The notes beneath the pieces were generated by a model. That model saw only the letters and a program-made list of their open reading frames with translations, made no database searches and had not been told where the DNA came from. DNA of 63,616 nt, the filler included. It is 9 parts of 9 records of this genome, joined end to end, with 100 filler letters (N's around TTAATTAATTAA, not from the genome) between each part and the next. Parts side by side here need not be neighbours in the genome. Positions count along the whole stretch, not along the records: positions 51,069 to 57,320 come from SRR31147125_38601; positions 57,421 to 63,616 come from SRR31147125_38762; 7 more parts are not named here. The stretch is one strand, 5' to 3'. The stretch's first letter is position 1; every line of letters begins with the position of its first letter. Of the stretch, positions 51,069 through 61,110 are shown piece after piece. Both the position numbers and the translations under genes were made by a program.

Positions 51069-51722
51069 AGTGCCGATGTGGAAAAATTCTTTAAACGCAT
51101 TAACTTTCCGTTTACCATTGGCTACGGAATGACAGAATGCGGGCCACTAATTAGTTACGAAGCCTGGAATAAAACTATGCCTTCTTCTGCCGGAAAGCTG
51201 GTTGACCGAATGGAGGTTCGCATTGACTCCGAAGATCCGTATAACACTGTGGGTGAGATACAGGTAAAAGGCGAAAATATTATGCTCGGTTACTATAAAA
51301 ACGAAGAAGAAACCAAAGCCACTTTTACCGAAGATGGTTGGCTAAAAACAGGCGATTTGGGTGTTACCGACACAAATAATTTCATATATATTCGAGGACG
51401 TTCGAAAAACATGCTGCTCGGCCCGTCAGGACAAAACATTTACCCTGAAGAAATTGAGGCAAAAATGTGTAACCAAAATTGTGTTGCCGAATGTGTTGTA
51501 GTTGAACGCGACCACAAACTGGTGGCGCTGGTCTATCCCGATTTTGAAGCAATGAAAGCTGAAAACATTTCGGACGACAAACTTCCGGAAATTATGGAAG
51601 AAAATAAAAAAAGAGCAAATGCCGTATTACCAAAATACGAACAGCTGGCAAGAGTAGAACTGGTTGACAAAGAATTTGACAAAACACCAAAACGAAATAT
51701 CAAACGCTATAAATACGTTTAA
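51069..51722 (+). CDS. Long-chain fatty acid-CoA ligase, 5' truncated
   Basis: GYGMTEC, GEIQVKG.NIMLGYY, DGWLKTGDLG, GRSKN...G.NIYPEEIE. Confidence 0.9.
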   Translation, partial: SADVEKFFKRINFPFTIGYGMTECGPLISYEAWNKTMPSSAGKLVDRMEVRIDSEDPYNTVGEIQVKGENIMLGYYKNEEETKATFTEDGWLKTGDLGVTDTNNFIYIRGRSKNMLLGPSGQNIYPEEIEAKMCNQNCVAECVVVERDHKLVALVYPDFEAMKAENISDDKLPEIMEENKKRANAVLPKYEQLARVELVDKEFDKTPKRNIKRYKYV

Positions 51723-51731
51723 AAAATTCAT

Positions 51732-51765
51732 AAAAAATCCCCGGAAGCAAAAAACAACCGGGGAT
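51732..51765 (-). terminator. Probable intrinsic terminator of mscS
   Basis: ATCCCCGG...CCGGGGAT stem with a T run on the minus strand. Confidence 0.55.
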
Positions 51766-51787
51766 GATATATAACTAAAGAACAAAA

Positions 51788-52603
51788 TTACTTATCCATG
51801 TGCACATCCATTTGTGGGAATGGAATAGTAATTCCGGCTTTGTCGAGCGCCATTTTACCTTCCTCGTACACATAAAAATATACGTCCCAATAATTTTCAG
51901 GTTTCGAGTACGGACGAACGGCCAAATTCACAGAACTGTCGCCCAACTCAGCTACTCCAACAAATGGCGCAGGATCTTTCAGAACTTTAGGATGACTCTC
52001 AATAACTTTCATAAGTACATCTTTTGCATCCTTAATATTCGATTCGTATGAAATTCCAAATGTCAAATCAACACGAATCAATCCTTCTGTAGTGTAATTA
52101 ACTATATCGCCATTCGAAACAGCAGCATTCGAAAGAATTACCGTTTTATTTTCAGGAGTAAGAAGTTTTGTTACGAAAATATGTATCTCTTTTACCGAAC
52201 CTAAATGTCCTTGCGACTCGATTAAATCGCCAACTTTAAAAGGCTTAAACAGTAAGATCATAACTCCGCCCGCAAAGTTTGCCAAAGTTCCTTGTAAAGC
52301 CAAACCAATAGCCAAACCGGCCGCACCAAGCACTGCAATAAACGAAGTTGTTTCTATTCCAACCATTTCGGCAATACTAATAAGTAGCATTACCTTCAAA
52401 AGTATTCCTACTAAACTCTTTAAAAATCCACTTAACGAAACATTTACGCCTCGTTTTTCCATTACACGACCCGAGCCTTTTACTATACGATTAATAATCC
52501 ACAAACCGATAATGAGGACTAAAACTGCCATTACTACTTTTAAACCATAGGTTACAACCAGTTGGTAAGCAGCATCTAAGTATTCCTGAAATTTTTCTCC
52601 CAT
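51788..52603 (-). CDS. mscS: Small-conductance mechanosensitive channel
   Basis: AVLGAAGLAIGLALQGTLANFAGG...PFKVGD; GITIPFPQ.DVH. Confidence 0.93.
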   Translation of the reverse strand: MGEKFQEYLDAAYQLVVTYGLKVVMAVLVLIIGLWIINRIVKGSGRVMEKRGVNVSLSGFLKSLVGILLKVMLLISIAEMVGIETTSFIAVLGAAGLAIGLALQGTLANFAGGVMILLFKPFKVGDLIESQGHLGSVKEIHIFVTKLLTPENKTVILSNAAVSNGDIVNYTTEGLIRVDLTFGISYESNIKDAKDVLMKVIESHPKVLKDPAPFVGVAELGDSSVNLAVRPYSKPENYWDVYFYVYEEGKMALDKAGITIPFPQMDVHMDK

Positions 52604-52742
52604 AATATTATGTTTTTGAATTCTTATTCAAATTACTGATTTTTTAGAAGGCTGGCAAATGCATGTACAACACAAAAAAGAATATACAGTCTCGGCAAAT
52701 TATTATTAATTTTGGAAGAAACCGACACTGACCTAATTTACT

Positions 52743-53861
52743 ATGAAAACTGAATCATCTTTCCAATCGGAACGTTTATTGTCGCTCGACTTTTTCCGCG
52801 GGATTACCATGTTTTTACTTGTTGCAGAGGGAACCGGACTCTGGTCAGTACTTGTTCAGGAACCGGTTGCCGGAACATTTCTCGAACCATTCTTCCAACA
52901 GTTTCACCATCATAAATGGAATGGCCTTCGTTTCTGGGATTTAGTGCAACCATTTTTTATGTTTATAGTTGGTGTTGCTATGCCATTTTCGTACGCAAAA
53001 CGCATAAATCGTGGCGACAGCAAAAACCAAATTACCCGGCACATTATTCAACGTTGTTTTTTACTTCTGGCGTTTGGAGTTGGGCTACATTGTGGTTACC
53101 GCAAACAACTGGTTTGGGAACTTTGGAATGTTTTATCGCAACTTTCGGTAACCATACTTATTGCCTACTTTTTAATGAAAAACAAGTGGTCGGTACAAAT
53201 ATTGGTTTCCATTGCACTTTTAGCTTTAACCGAAACACTGTACCGAACTTTCCCGATAGAAGGTTACAACCAGCCATTTGTAAAAGACCACAATTTTGGT
53301 AGCTGGATGGACATGCTTTTAATGGGAAAAATAAACAATGGCGGTGGCTGGGTGGCTATTAATTGTATTCCTACTGCAGCCCATACTATTTGGGGCGTTG
53401 TTGCTGGGCAATTGCTAAAATCGGGAATTGCTCAATATAAAAAAGTAAAATTTCTGGCCATGGCAGGAGGAATAATACTTGTTACAGGTTATATTCTCGA
53501 CTGGACATCGATTACTCCAATTATAAAACGAATTTGTACAACGTCGTTTGTTCTTACTTCGGGTGGCTGGGCTTTATTATCACTTGCTTTTTGTTACTGG
53601 CTTATAGACATTAAAAAAGTTAACGACTGGATTTTCCCGTTTGTAGTGGTAGGTACCAACTCAATTTTTATTTATATGTTTTCGAATACAGTTGGCGGAC
53701 AATGGTTTAAAGGTTTTGTGGGAATCTTCACAAATGGAATACTTGAATGGTTTAATTCTCCTGAGTTTTTAATGAGATTAGTAACATCGTTAACCGTTTT
53801 GGCTCTTGAGTGGCTACTTTGTTATTATTTATTTCGAAAGAAAATATTTTTCAGAATATAA
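52743..53861 (+). CDS. DUF5009/HGSNAT-like membrane acyltransferase
   Basis: RLLSLDFFRG.TM, H..WNG..FWDLVQPFFMFIVG, PIIKRICTTSF, G.NSIFIY. Confidence 0.85.
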   Translation: MKTESSFQSERLLSLDFFRGITMFLLVAEGTGLWSVLVQEPVAGTFLEPFFQQFHHHKWNGLRFWDLVQPFFMFIVGVAMPFSYAKRINRGDSKNQITRHIIQRCFLLLAFGVGLHCGYRKQLVWELWNVLSQLSVTILIAYFLMKNKWSVQILVSIALLALTETLYRTFPIEGYNQPFVKDHNFGSWMDMLLMGKINNGGGWVAINCIPTAAHTIWGVVAGQLLKSGIAQYKKVKFLAMAGGIILVTGYILDWTSITPIIKRICTTSFVLTSGGWALLSLAFCYWLIDIKKVNDWIFPFVVVGTNSIFIYMFSNTVGGQWFKGFVGIFTNGILEWFNSPEFLMRLVTSLTVLALEWLLCYYLFRKKIFFRI

Positions 53862-53893
53862 TGTATTAACTATAACTACTAAAGTAATTTAAC

Positions 53894-54805
53894 ATGAATA
53901 CAAATCGCAGAAACTTTTTAAGAACTACAGCTGCCGCAGCAGCTGGAACAATGTTGGTTTCACCCGCATTGGCAGGTTTGGCAACAAAAAAATGCCCATA
54001 CAAAATATCGCTGGCTGAGTGGTCGTTCCACAAAGCACTTTTTGCCAAAGAAATGACAAATCTCGACTTTCCGAAAGTAACACGTGAATTAGGATTAGAA
54101 GGCGTTGAATATGTAAACCAATTTTTCAAAGACAAGGCAAAAGACGAAAAATACCTGGCCGAACTGAAAAAAATTACGAAAAATGAGGGTGTTGAAAACG
54201 TATTAATTATGTGCGACGGCGAAGGTATGGTTGGCCACCCAGAGAAAAAAGAACGCAAAAAAACGGTTGACAACCACAAAAAATGGATCGATGCCGCAGC
54301 TTTCCTTGGCTGTCATTCGATAAGAGTAAACGCAGGAAGTAAAGGAACCTATGAAGAACAGCAAAAACTTGCTGCTGATGGATTACGCATGATTTGCGAG
54401 TACGGCGACACAAAAAAAATAAATGTTATTGTTGAAAATCATGGAGGTCTTTCAAGTAATGGCGAATGGTTATCGGGAGTTATGGAAATGGTGAACCATA
54501 AACGAGTTGGAACCCTGCCTGACTTTGGTAACTTTATTATAAACCGCGAAACAGGAGAAGAATTTGATCGCTACAAAGGAACTGAGTTGTTAATGCCTTA
54601 TGCAAAAGGAGTAAGTGCTAAATCGAACGATTTTGATGCGGAAGGTAACGAAACACAGAAAGATTATTACCGTCTGATGGGAATAGTTAAAGATGCAGGT
54701 TACAAAGGATTTGTTGGAATTGAATACGAAGGCCGTGTTCTTTCAGAAAGAGAAGGTATTATTGCCACTAAAAAATTACTGGAAAAAGTATTTAAAACTT
54801 TGTAG
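53894..54805 (+). CDS. Tat-exported sugar phosphate isomerase/epimerase (TIM barrel)
   Basis: NRRNFL twin-arginine signal; [24 protein letters not shown]. Confidence 0.88.
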   Translation: MNTNRRNFLRTTAAAAAGTMLVSPALAGLATKKCPYKISLAEWSFHKALFAKEMTNLDFPKVTRELGLEGVEYVNQFFKDKAKDEKYLAELKKITKNEGVENVLIMCDGEGMVGHPEKKERKKTVDNHKKWIDAAAFLGCHSIRVNAGSKGTYEEQQKLAADGLRMICEYGDTKKINVIVENHGGLSSNGEWLSGVMEMVNHKRVGTLPDFGNFIINRETGEEFDRYKGTELLMPYAKGVSAKSNDFDAEGNETQKDYYRLMGIVKDAGYKGFVGIEYEGRVLSEREGIIATKKLLEKVFKTL

Positions 54806-54833
54806 AATTATAAAAAATGGCGTAACGATACAT

Positions 54834-54864
54834 GAAAACCACTGATTCCTTCAGTGGTTTTTTT
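54834..54864 (+). terminator. Intrinsic terminator
   Basis: AAAACCACTGA-ttcct-TCAGTGGTTTTTTT. Confidence 0.8.
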
Positions 54865-54957
54865 ATACATTTTTCCCACTTAAAATTTGTTAAAAAACCA
54901 CCAGACAGCGAAACAATCACTGTGTGTTTACGTAAAAAACTTATACAACTTTGCAGT

Positions 54958-55068
54958 GTTATACGAACTTAAGTGGTTGATTGAAAACATTTAAGACAAA
55001 GTTTAAGAGGTCATTAGTTGTTTGTCTTTCGAGGAAAAGCGGTGCCAACAGTACCGCTTTCCTTATTT
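54958..55068 (+). ncRNA. Putative small RNA
   Basis: Imperfect Bacteroidota -7 element (ACTTTGC near 54948-54954), internal stem AAGACAAA/TTTGTCTT, and its own terminator-like hairpin at 55032-55068. No ORF in the supplied track. Confidence 0.45.
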
Positions 55069-55084
55069 ATATCAAATTGAATTT

Positions 55085-55246
55085 ATACCAATTGTACTAT
55101 CAAGTTAGTGCTAAATAATTTTAGATATTTTGGATTTAGGCAAGGCATAAAATTGAGGCATAGCCCACGTTCTGTTGAAATTTTATAACGAAGCATAAAT
55201 TCAAAAGAATAGAATTATAACGCTAACTTGATGGGATTATTGGTAT
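55085..55246. repeat. Long imperfect palindrome, MITE/REP-like element
   Basis: Ends ATACCAAT-N6-ATCAAGTTAG and CTAACTTGAT-N6-ATTGGTAT, with nested inner complementary segments. Confidence 0.65.
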
Positions 55247-55264
55247 TAAACCATTTCTGACAAA

Positions 55265-56131
55265 CTACTTCTTGCGGTAGAAAGGTAAATTCCCAGAAGT
55301 TTTACCATGCGTACCACCTTGTCCTTCCATTTCGAACGAATAAACCAGCCCGGCACTGAATTGAAGTGTTAAAGATGGTCGTTTGTTATGCCTAAAGTAA
55401 CTGCCATCTTCTTCAACAACATAAGAAAAGTTGGGAATTCCATCTAAAATATCAGAGTTTACAACGGTCATAATCCCATCCATCTGAAACGAGAAATTCT
55501 CATTTATTTTATAGTCGAATCCAACGCCTCCTCCAAAATGAAAGGCCGGCCACCTTCCTTTTTCCGAGTTTGAGGTTCCGCGAGCATACAAAACATTCGA
55601 CTCTAAATCCATAGCATCCTCGTCGTTTTTAATAAGAGATTCGGTGGCTATAAACGAAACTACTCCGGTTAGTTTTAAAAAAGGATTTAACTTCGAATCC
55701 TGAAAGAAAAAATACCGCCAGTTAGCAGCAACATTAATTAATGAAGTATTGAATTTTATGGGTACAACTTCGTCGAAGTCTCTCTGAAAATCTTTGTAAT
55801 AAGATGTCTGATAGTAATTGTAATAAGGAGGAGTATCATTTTCTCCCTTCATTTTTATATACTCAAGTTCGAGGCCCAATTGCGATTTTGGCGATGCCTG
55901 AAACAGCACTTCCCCCTCGAAACCAACTGTTGGTTGTGCCGAAAATTTTTCAGAATTAATAGCAGGAGTTAATAGTAGTGTATAGTCATTTAAAACATCC
56001 GATTCTCCCAGTTCAGAAATAAGCATTCCGGAGTTTGCAGCAACCCGAAATCCAACTAACTGTGCCGAAGCCGATCCAAAAATCACAAAAACCAAACAGA
56101 GAAGTATTAAAAGTCTTTTACACATTTTCAT
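55265..56131 (-). CDS. Outer membrane beta-barrel protein
   Basis: Signal peptide; alternating aromatic strands (NWRYFF, GGGVGFDY, SAGLVYSF). Confidence 0.75.
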   Translation of the reverse strand: MKMCKRLLILLCLVFVIFGSASAQLVGFRVAANSGMLISELGESDVLNDYTLLLTPAINSEKFSAQPTVGFEGEVLFQASPKSQLGLELEYIKMKGENDTPPYYNYYQTSYYKDFQRDFDEVVPIKFNTSLINVAANWRYFFFQDSKLNPFLKLTGVVSFIATESLIKNDEDAMDLESNVLYARGTSNSEKGRWPAFHFGGGVGFDYKINENFSFQMDGIMTVVNSDILDGIPNFSYVVEEDGSYFRHNKRPSLTLQFSAGLVYSFEMEGQGGTHGKTSGNLPFYRKK

Positions 56132-56188
56132 AGAATTTAGGCCTTAAAATAGTCTCTTTTTATTAAACTGAAAAAGATATTCTGATAA

Positions 56189-57319
56189 CTATTTTCTTTC
56201 TTTCACTTCGCTTGCATCAACTACCTTAAATAGTTTGTCGGCACGTCGGGTTGTTGTATCAATAGGCACCGAAATACGTTGTCCTTTCAGGCCTTCTTCC
56301 ACCGGTTTTAAATCGAAACGAATTTCTTTTACCTCCGTTTGATGAACTCCGGTAGTTGGCCCGGTAATTATTATTTCGTCGCCAACTTTTAGATTGCTGG
56401 TTTCTAATTTAAACTCGGCCACACCAATTTTTTTGAAATAGTTAGTACATTTTCCGATGTAGAGTTTACGTTTTGTAGCGCGCGAACCGTAATTTTTGCT
56501 CCACTCGCCCAAATGTTGCCCCAGGTAATAACCATCCCAAAATCCCCGGTTAAAAACAGCTGCCAAACGTTCATCCCAGCCGGCAATTTTTTCCGAAGTG
56601 AATTCCTCATCGAAATAAGCATCAACAGCTTCGCGGTAACATTCAACTACCGTTTTTACGTATTCGGCAGAACGGGCACGCCCTTCAATTTTTAGAACCG
56701 AAACACCGGAATCGAGCATTTTATTCAGGAAATGAATGGTTTTCAAATCCTTGGGCGACATAATGTATTCGTTGTCGATATCTAACTCGGCACCTGTTTC
56801 TTTATCGGTAACAGTGTAGGCGCGGCGACAACTTTGTAAACAGGCTCCGCGGTTTGCCGATGAATTCATTTCGTGCAAACTCAGGTAACATTTCCCGCTA
56901 ATTGCCATACACAAAGCACCGTGCGAAAACATTTCAATTTTCACCAGCTCGCCTTTCGGTCCGGTAATATTTTGTTTTTTAATCTGGTCGCTAATTTCCC
57001 AAACGCGTCCCAAATTCATTTCGCGAGCCAAAACTACAACATCGGCAAAGTTCGAATAAAACTTAACGGCCTCGATATTTGTAATATTTACCTGGGTAGA
57101 AACATGCACTTCCAAATCGATAGAGCGGGCATACTGAATTACCGAAATATCGGCAGCAATTACAGCCGAAACACCGGCCTCTTTAGCCGCATCGAGCACA
57201 CCGTGCATTTGCTCCATTTCGCCATCGAAAATCTCAACATTTAATGTAAGATAGGTTTTTACACCGTTTTCTGTGGCAACTTTTACAATTTTACGAAGGT
57301 CGTCGAGGGTAAAATTATT
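56189..57319 (-). CDS. U32 family protein (TrhP/RlhA-like RNA hydroxylase family), 5' truncated
   Basis: HVSTQ.N..N, VLARE, HGALCMAISGKC.LS...NRGAC.Q.CR, SPKDL, LKIEGR. Confidence 0.9.
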   Translation of the reverse strand, partial: NNFTLDDLRKIVKVATENGVKTYLTLNVEIFDGEMEQMHGVLDAAKEAGVSAVIAADISVIQYARSIDLEVHVSTQVNITNIEAVKFYSNFADVVVLAREMNLGRVWEISDQIKKQNITGPKGELVKIEMFSHGALCMAISGKCYLSLHEMNSSANRGACLQSCRRAYTVTDKETGAELDIDNEYIMSPKDLKTIHFLNKMLDSGVSVLKIEGRARSAEYVKTVVECYREAVDAYFDEEFTSEKIAGWDERLAAVFNRGFWDGYYLGQHLGEWSKNYGSRATKRKLYIGKCTNYFKKIGVAEFKLETSNLKVGDEIIITGPTTGVHQTEVKEIRFDLKPVEEGLKGQRISVPIDTTTRRADKLFKVVDASEVKERK

Positions 57320-57320
57320 G

Positions 57321-57420
57321 NNNNNNNNNNNNNNNNNNNNNNNNNNNNNNNNNNNNNNNNNNNNTTAATTAATTAANNNNNNNNNNNNNNNNNNNNNNNN
57401 NNNNNNNNNNNNNNNNNNNN
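57321..57420. other. Artificial contig spacer
   Basis: N44-TTAATTAATTAA-N44. Confidence 0.99.
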
Positions 57421-57450
57421 AAACCGCCAAACCGCCAAACCGCCAAACCG
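57421..57450. repeat. 8-bp tandem repeat (AAACCGCC)n at the contig edge
   Basis: AAACCGCC x3 plus AAACCG. Confidence 0.85.
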
Positions 57451-57517
57451 TTTTTCGTTTCGTGGAAAAACGATTCATCGGATCGCTTTCGGTCTCACTC
57501 GATTCCTCGATACGTTC

Positions 57518-58951
57518 CTAAAAACGATCGGTAGGACCGTTCACATAGGCGATGCGCAGCATGTTGGTCGTGCCGGGCGAGCCGAACGGTACGCCAGCGG
57601 AAATGGCGATGGAATCGCCGGGCCGGGCGAAACCGTGATCGCGGGCCGTGGCACAGGCGCGCTCGACCATTTCCTCGGTATCTTTCGGATCCTCGGTCGT
57701 GACGCAATGCATGCCCCACACCAGCGACAGGCGCCGGGCCGTTTCCTTGACCGGCGACAGCGCCAGGATCGGTTTGGTCGGGCGTTCGCGCGAGGCGCGG
57801 ACGCCGGTGGAACCGGAATGGGTGAAGGTAACGATGGCGGCGAGGTTAAGCGTTTCCGCGACCTGTCGCGTTGCTGCGGAAATGGCATCGGCGGAAGTCG
57901 CTTCGGGCTCGGTGGCCGAGGCACGGACGATCGAGGAATAAAGCGCGTCGCTTTCGACCGCGATGGCGGTCTTGTTCATCATCGTCACGGCTTCGACCGG
58001 GTACTGGCCGGCGGCGCTTTCCGCCGAAAGCATGATGGCGTCGGCGCCCTCGAACACGGCGATGGAGACATCGGACACCTCGGCGCGGGTCGGCATGGGC
58101 GAGGTAATCATCGATTCGAGCATTTGCGTCGCCACGACCACCGGCTTGCCCTTGCGGCGGGCGATGCGGATCATCCGCTTTTGCAGGCCCGGCACCTGTT
58201 CGATCGGCATTTCGACGCCGAGATCGCCGCGGGCGATCATCAGCGCGTCGCAAAGGCGGATGATTTCCTCGAGCCGCTCGACGGCCTGCGGCTTTTCGAT
58301 CTTGGCCATGACGCCGGCGCGGCCCTGTACGACCTTGCGGATTTCCATGACGTCCTCGGGGCGCTGCACGAAGCTCAGGGCGATCCAGTCGATCGATTGC
58401 TTGAGGGCGGCATCGAGATCGGCGCGGTCCTTCTGGGTCAGGGCGCCGGAAGGCAGGATGGTGTCGGGCAGGGAGATGCCTTTCTTGGACGACAGCTTGC
58501 CGCCGTAGACGACGACCGTGTCGACATAGCCGGCATCGACCGCCGTGGCGCGCAACTGCACCTTGCCGTCATCGAGCAACAGATGATGACCGGGTTCGAC
58601 CGCCGCGATGATCTCGGGATGGGGCAGTTCCACGCGGGTGGAATCGCCAGGCGTCTGGTCGTCATCGAGCCGGAAGGTCTGACCCTCTCTCAAGGAGATG
58701 GATTCTTCGGCGAAACTGCCGATGCGCAGTTTGGGTCCCTGAAGATCGACCAGAATGCCGATCGGGCGGTCGACCTTGTCCTCGACCCGCCGGATGCGGG
58801 CGACGGTTTCGGCCATCAGCTCATGGCTGGCATGGCTCATGTTGATGCGGAAGACATCGGCACCGGCGCGAAACAGCGCCTCGATAGTGTTTTCCTCGAA
58901 CGAAGACGGACCAAGGGTTGCAAGTATTTTAACACGCCGGGAGCGTTTCAT
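57518..58951 (-). CDS. pyk: Pyruvate kinase
   Basis: KILATLGP, FRINMSH, DLQGPKLR, AKIEK, ARGDLGVE, ATQMLESM, PTRAE, MLSAESA. Confidence 0.97.
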   Translation of the reverse strand: MKRSRRVKILATLGPSSFEENTIEALFRAGADVFRINMSHASHELMAETVARIRRVEDKVDRPIGILVDLQGPKLRIGSFAEESISLREGQTFRLDDDQTPGDSTRVELPHPEIIAAVEPGHHLLLDDGKVQLRATAVDAGYVDTVVVYGGKLSSKKGISLPDTILPSGALTQKDRADLDAALKQSIDWIALSFVQRPEDVMEIRKVVQGRAGVMAKIEKPQAVERLEEIIRLCDALMIARGDLGVEMPIEQVPGLQKRMIRIARRKGKPVVVATQMLESMITSPMPTRAEVSDVSIAVFEGADAIMLSAESAAGQYPVEAVTMMNKTAIAVESDALYSSIVRASATEPEATSADAISAATRQVAETLNLAAIVTFTHSGSTGVRASRERPTKPILALSPVKETARRLSLVWGMHCVTTEDPKDTEEMVERACATARDHGFARPGDSIAISAGVPFGSPGTTNMLRIAYVNGPTDRF

Positions 58952-58995
58952 ATGGGACCAACTTTCCGATGACGGCTCCTGGTGGAAGCGGAGCG

Positions 58996-59487
58996 CTAGG
59001 AATCCGTGAGCTGCAGCGTCCAGTCGCTGCGGTTCTGCGTGTCGACTTCGAAAAAGCCTGTGCGTTCGTACCCCCGCGCCAGACAGTCCTCAACACCAAA
59101 TATCGTAAAAGCGTCGTCCTGGGTACACATATAGACTTTGCCGTCCCATACGCCACCACTGACGTCGTCTGCCGCGAAGATGTAGTAATAGCGAGAGGTT
59201 AAGTCACCTTTGTAAACGGTGGCGCAATTGCCCGGACCGGCGACCCACCAGCCTTCCGATTGCCAGCCGCGCGGCGCCGGATAGCCGAGCGCGATGGAAA
59301 CGAGATTGCCGGTCTGGTTGCAGACCCTGAGATCGGCCCGCGCCGGCGATACGAATAATATGGTGATGAACACAAAGGCCAGTGCCGCCTGTACCGCGAC
59401 ACGAAACGCGGCGGCACTGCTGGTGGCCGTCGAATGCGCTGCGTCCGTCAGGGGGGCGGCAGGGGCGGTTGCATGGGTGAATCGCAT
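58996..59487 (-). CDS. DUF1036 secreted protein (start uncertain)
   Basis: [11 protein letters not shown]...ALGY....W.SEGWW...C...RYYY.FA...[15 protein letters not shown]...W..QLT. Confidence 0.85.
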   Translation of the reverse strand: MRFTHATAPAAPLTDAAHSTATSSAAAFRVAVQAALAFVFITILFVSPARADLRVCNQTGNLVSIALGYPAPRGWQSEGWWVAGPGNCATVYKGDLTSRYYYIFAADDVSGGVWDGKVYMCTQDDAFTIFGVEDCLARGYERTGFFEVDTQNRSDWTLQLTDS

Positions 59488-59618
59488 TCTCGAACAGGTA
59501 CCTCTTATCGGCGTTGGTGGAAAGGCAGCAATTCCTGCTTGTGCCGGAGAGGTGTCTGCGGTTGATACAAGGCGGATTTTTGACGGTTTCAGAGTTCGGC
59601 TACGGAAAGGATCGAGAT

Positions 59619-59882
59619 ATGGCGGACGGCGTGGCACGAGATCAATTGCGGGCATTCATCGAGCGCATCGAACGGCTCGAAGAGGAAAAAAAGGCCATTG
59701 CCGACGACATCAAGGAGATCTATGCCGAAGCCAAGGGCATGGGCTACGACACCAAGGTACTGAGGCAGGTGGTTCGGATCCGCAAGCAGGATCAGCACGA
59801 ACGGGCCGAGCAGGAGGCTATTCTCGATACCTATCTGCACGCGCTCGGCATGGCCGCAATGCCGCCGGACGACGACGAATAG
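59619..59882 (+). CDS. gapR: DUF2312/GapR nucleoid-associated protein
   Basis: [45 protein letters not shown]...[16 protein letters not shown] before ATG 59619. Confidence 0.9.
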   Translation: MADGVARDQLRAFIERIERLEEEKKAIADDIKEIYAEAKGMGYDTKVLRQVVRIRKQDQHERAEQEAILDTYLHALGMAAMPPDDDE

Positions 59883-60141
59883 TCCGCGCCGGCATCCACA
59901 AAACAGCGACCGGGCGCCCCGCCGTCGAACACGATGGCGGGTATGAGCGTTGGTGGGGTTTGAGCCATCGGTCTATCCCGGCGGACTGGTCAACGAAGGA
60001 ACCGCGAAACGAATATGTTCCGTCTCCAAATATTTATGTTTATTGATAATTTTCAGTAATACTGAGAATTTCATATGTTGGAAGATTGACGAATTGTGAA
60101 TTTTAAATTATCTTGCCTCTTTTTATATTTGGAGGTGGAGA

Positions 60142-61098
60142 TTGTTAAGTCCTATTGCCAATGTTATACCTCAAGGGGAACCGGACAAGAAATTCACAAA
60201 GTGGTATGCTCAAACCAATGATGAGAGACCACCTTTTCTAGTCGGATACACAACATTTTATTCCGATGGCGACGGACCTCACACAGGTCTAAACCAAACC
60301 AGATACCTGAAGGAAGTGCCCGACATAAAGTATGACCGGGCGGCCATGGCGACTGGGATCGGTGTCTGGGCGCATTTCATCTGGCCGACTGTTGTTGCCG
60401 AAAGCGCCGGCGGTCATCATCTTCTGGTCAACACCTACGACCGCGCTGCGTTCACTTTCGGATTCTACCAACTCGCCGCTCACACCCCGAACGACAATCT
60501 CATCCTGCTGTTTAGGGAACTACTGAGCCTGCCGGGTGCAAGCCGCTATTTCCCCGATCTTTTTCTTCAAAACGGCCGTGTACACCGCAAGGACGGCGGT
60601 TCTTCCTATTCGCTCGAGACTGTCACCAAGGTGCATCGGCCGAACGGCAAGATCGAAAGTCAGCTTGTTGCTTTCATGACCTATCTCAACCCCGAGACGA
60701 ACTCGGTGGGTGAGGCGGAGGTCATGAACGCGGCCAAACTCATGCATTGGCTGGCCAATGACAATGACGCGGTGAGCGCGAGCGTGCGTGTCGCAGTATC
60801 GATCATGCGACGCAAGCTACGCAGAATCGCTTCGGCTTACGGTCTGAAGGGACACGTGCCGGAACTCGCCATCTGGATATCCGACAGTGTGCATCAGGGA
60901 CGCGGCAGCAGGGCCGAACGGAAAACCGCGCTCGCCAAGCCGACGATGAGTGCACGTTTGAAGGCGCTATACGAGATCGGCAGCTCGAATCCCGCTTACG
61001 ACAGCCGCCGCAAAACCATACGTCGATGCGTGGAGCAACTGATGACCGAGAACGCGTTCGGCGATGCTGTGCTCGGCGACGCACAATTGCCACTCTAG
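60142..61098 (+). CDS. Hypothetical protein, possible lysozyme-like fold
   Basis: GGAGG RBS and TTG start; AES.GG...VNTYD.A.FTFGFYQ. Confidence 0.7.
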   Translation: MLSPIANVIPQGEPDKKFTKWYAQTNDERPPFLVGYTTFYSDGDGPHTGLNQTRYLKEVPDIKYDRAAMATGIGVWAHFIWPTVVAESAGGHHLLVNTYDRAAFTFGFYQLAAHTPNDNLILLFRELLSLPGASRYFPDLFLQNGRVHRKDGGSSYSLETVTKVHRPNGKIESQLVAFMTYLNPETNSVGEAEVMNAAKLMHWLANDNDAVSASVRVAVSIMRRKLRRIASAYGLKGHVPELAIWISDSVHQGRGSRAERKTALAKPTMSARLKALYEIGSSNPAYDSRRKTIRRCVEQLMTENAFGDAVLGDAQLPL

Positions 61099-61110
61099 TG
61101 AGGAAAGATA

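Noticed and set aside
7082-57420. Recurring TTAATTAATTAA flanked by Ns as a biological repeat, and gene linkage across it
   Set aside because: Identical 100-nt artificial spacers; composition and gene content change at each one, so no cross-contig system can be inferred.
57421-57450. AAACCGCC repeat as CRISPR or telomere-like sequence
   Set aside because: Simple 8-bp tandem repeat with no spacers; it probably caused the contig break.
57541-59009. Long ORFs overlapping pyk, such as 57635-58972 +
   Set aside because: Shadow frames from high-GC codon bias, with no recognisable motifs.
59995-60022. Alphaproteobacterial LexA box before the hydrolase insert
   Set aside because: The spacing does not fit GAAC-N7-GAAC or GTTC-N7-GTTC.
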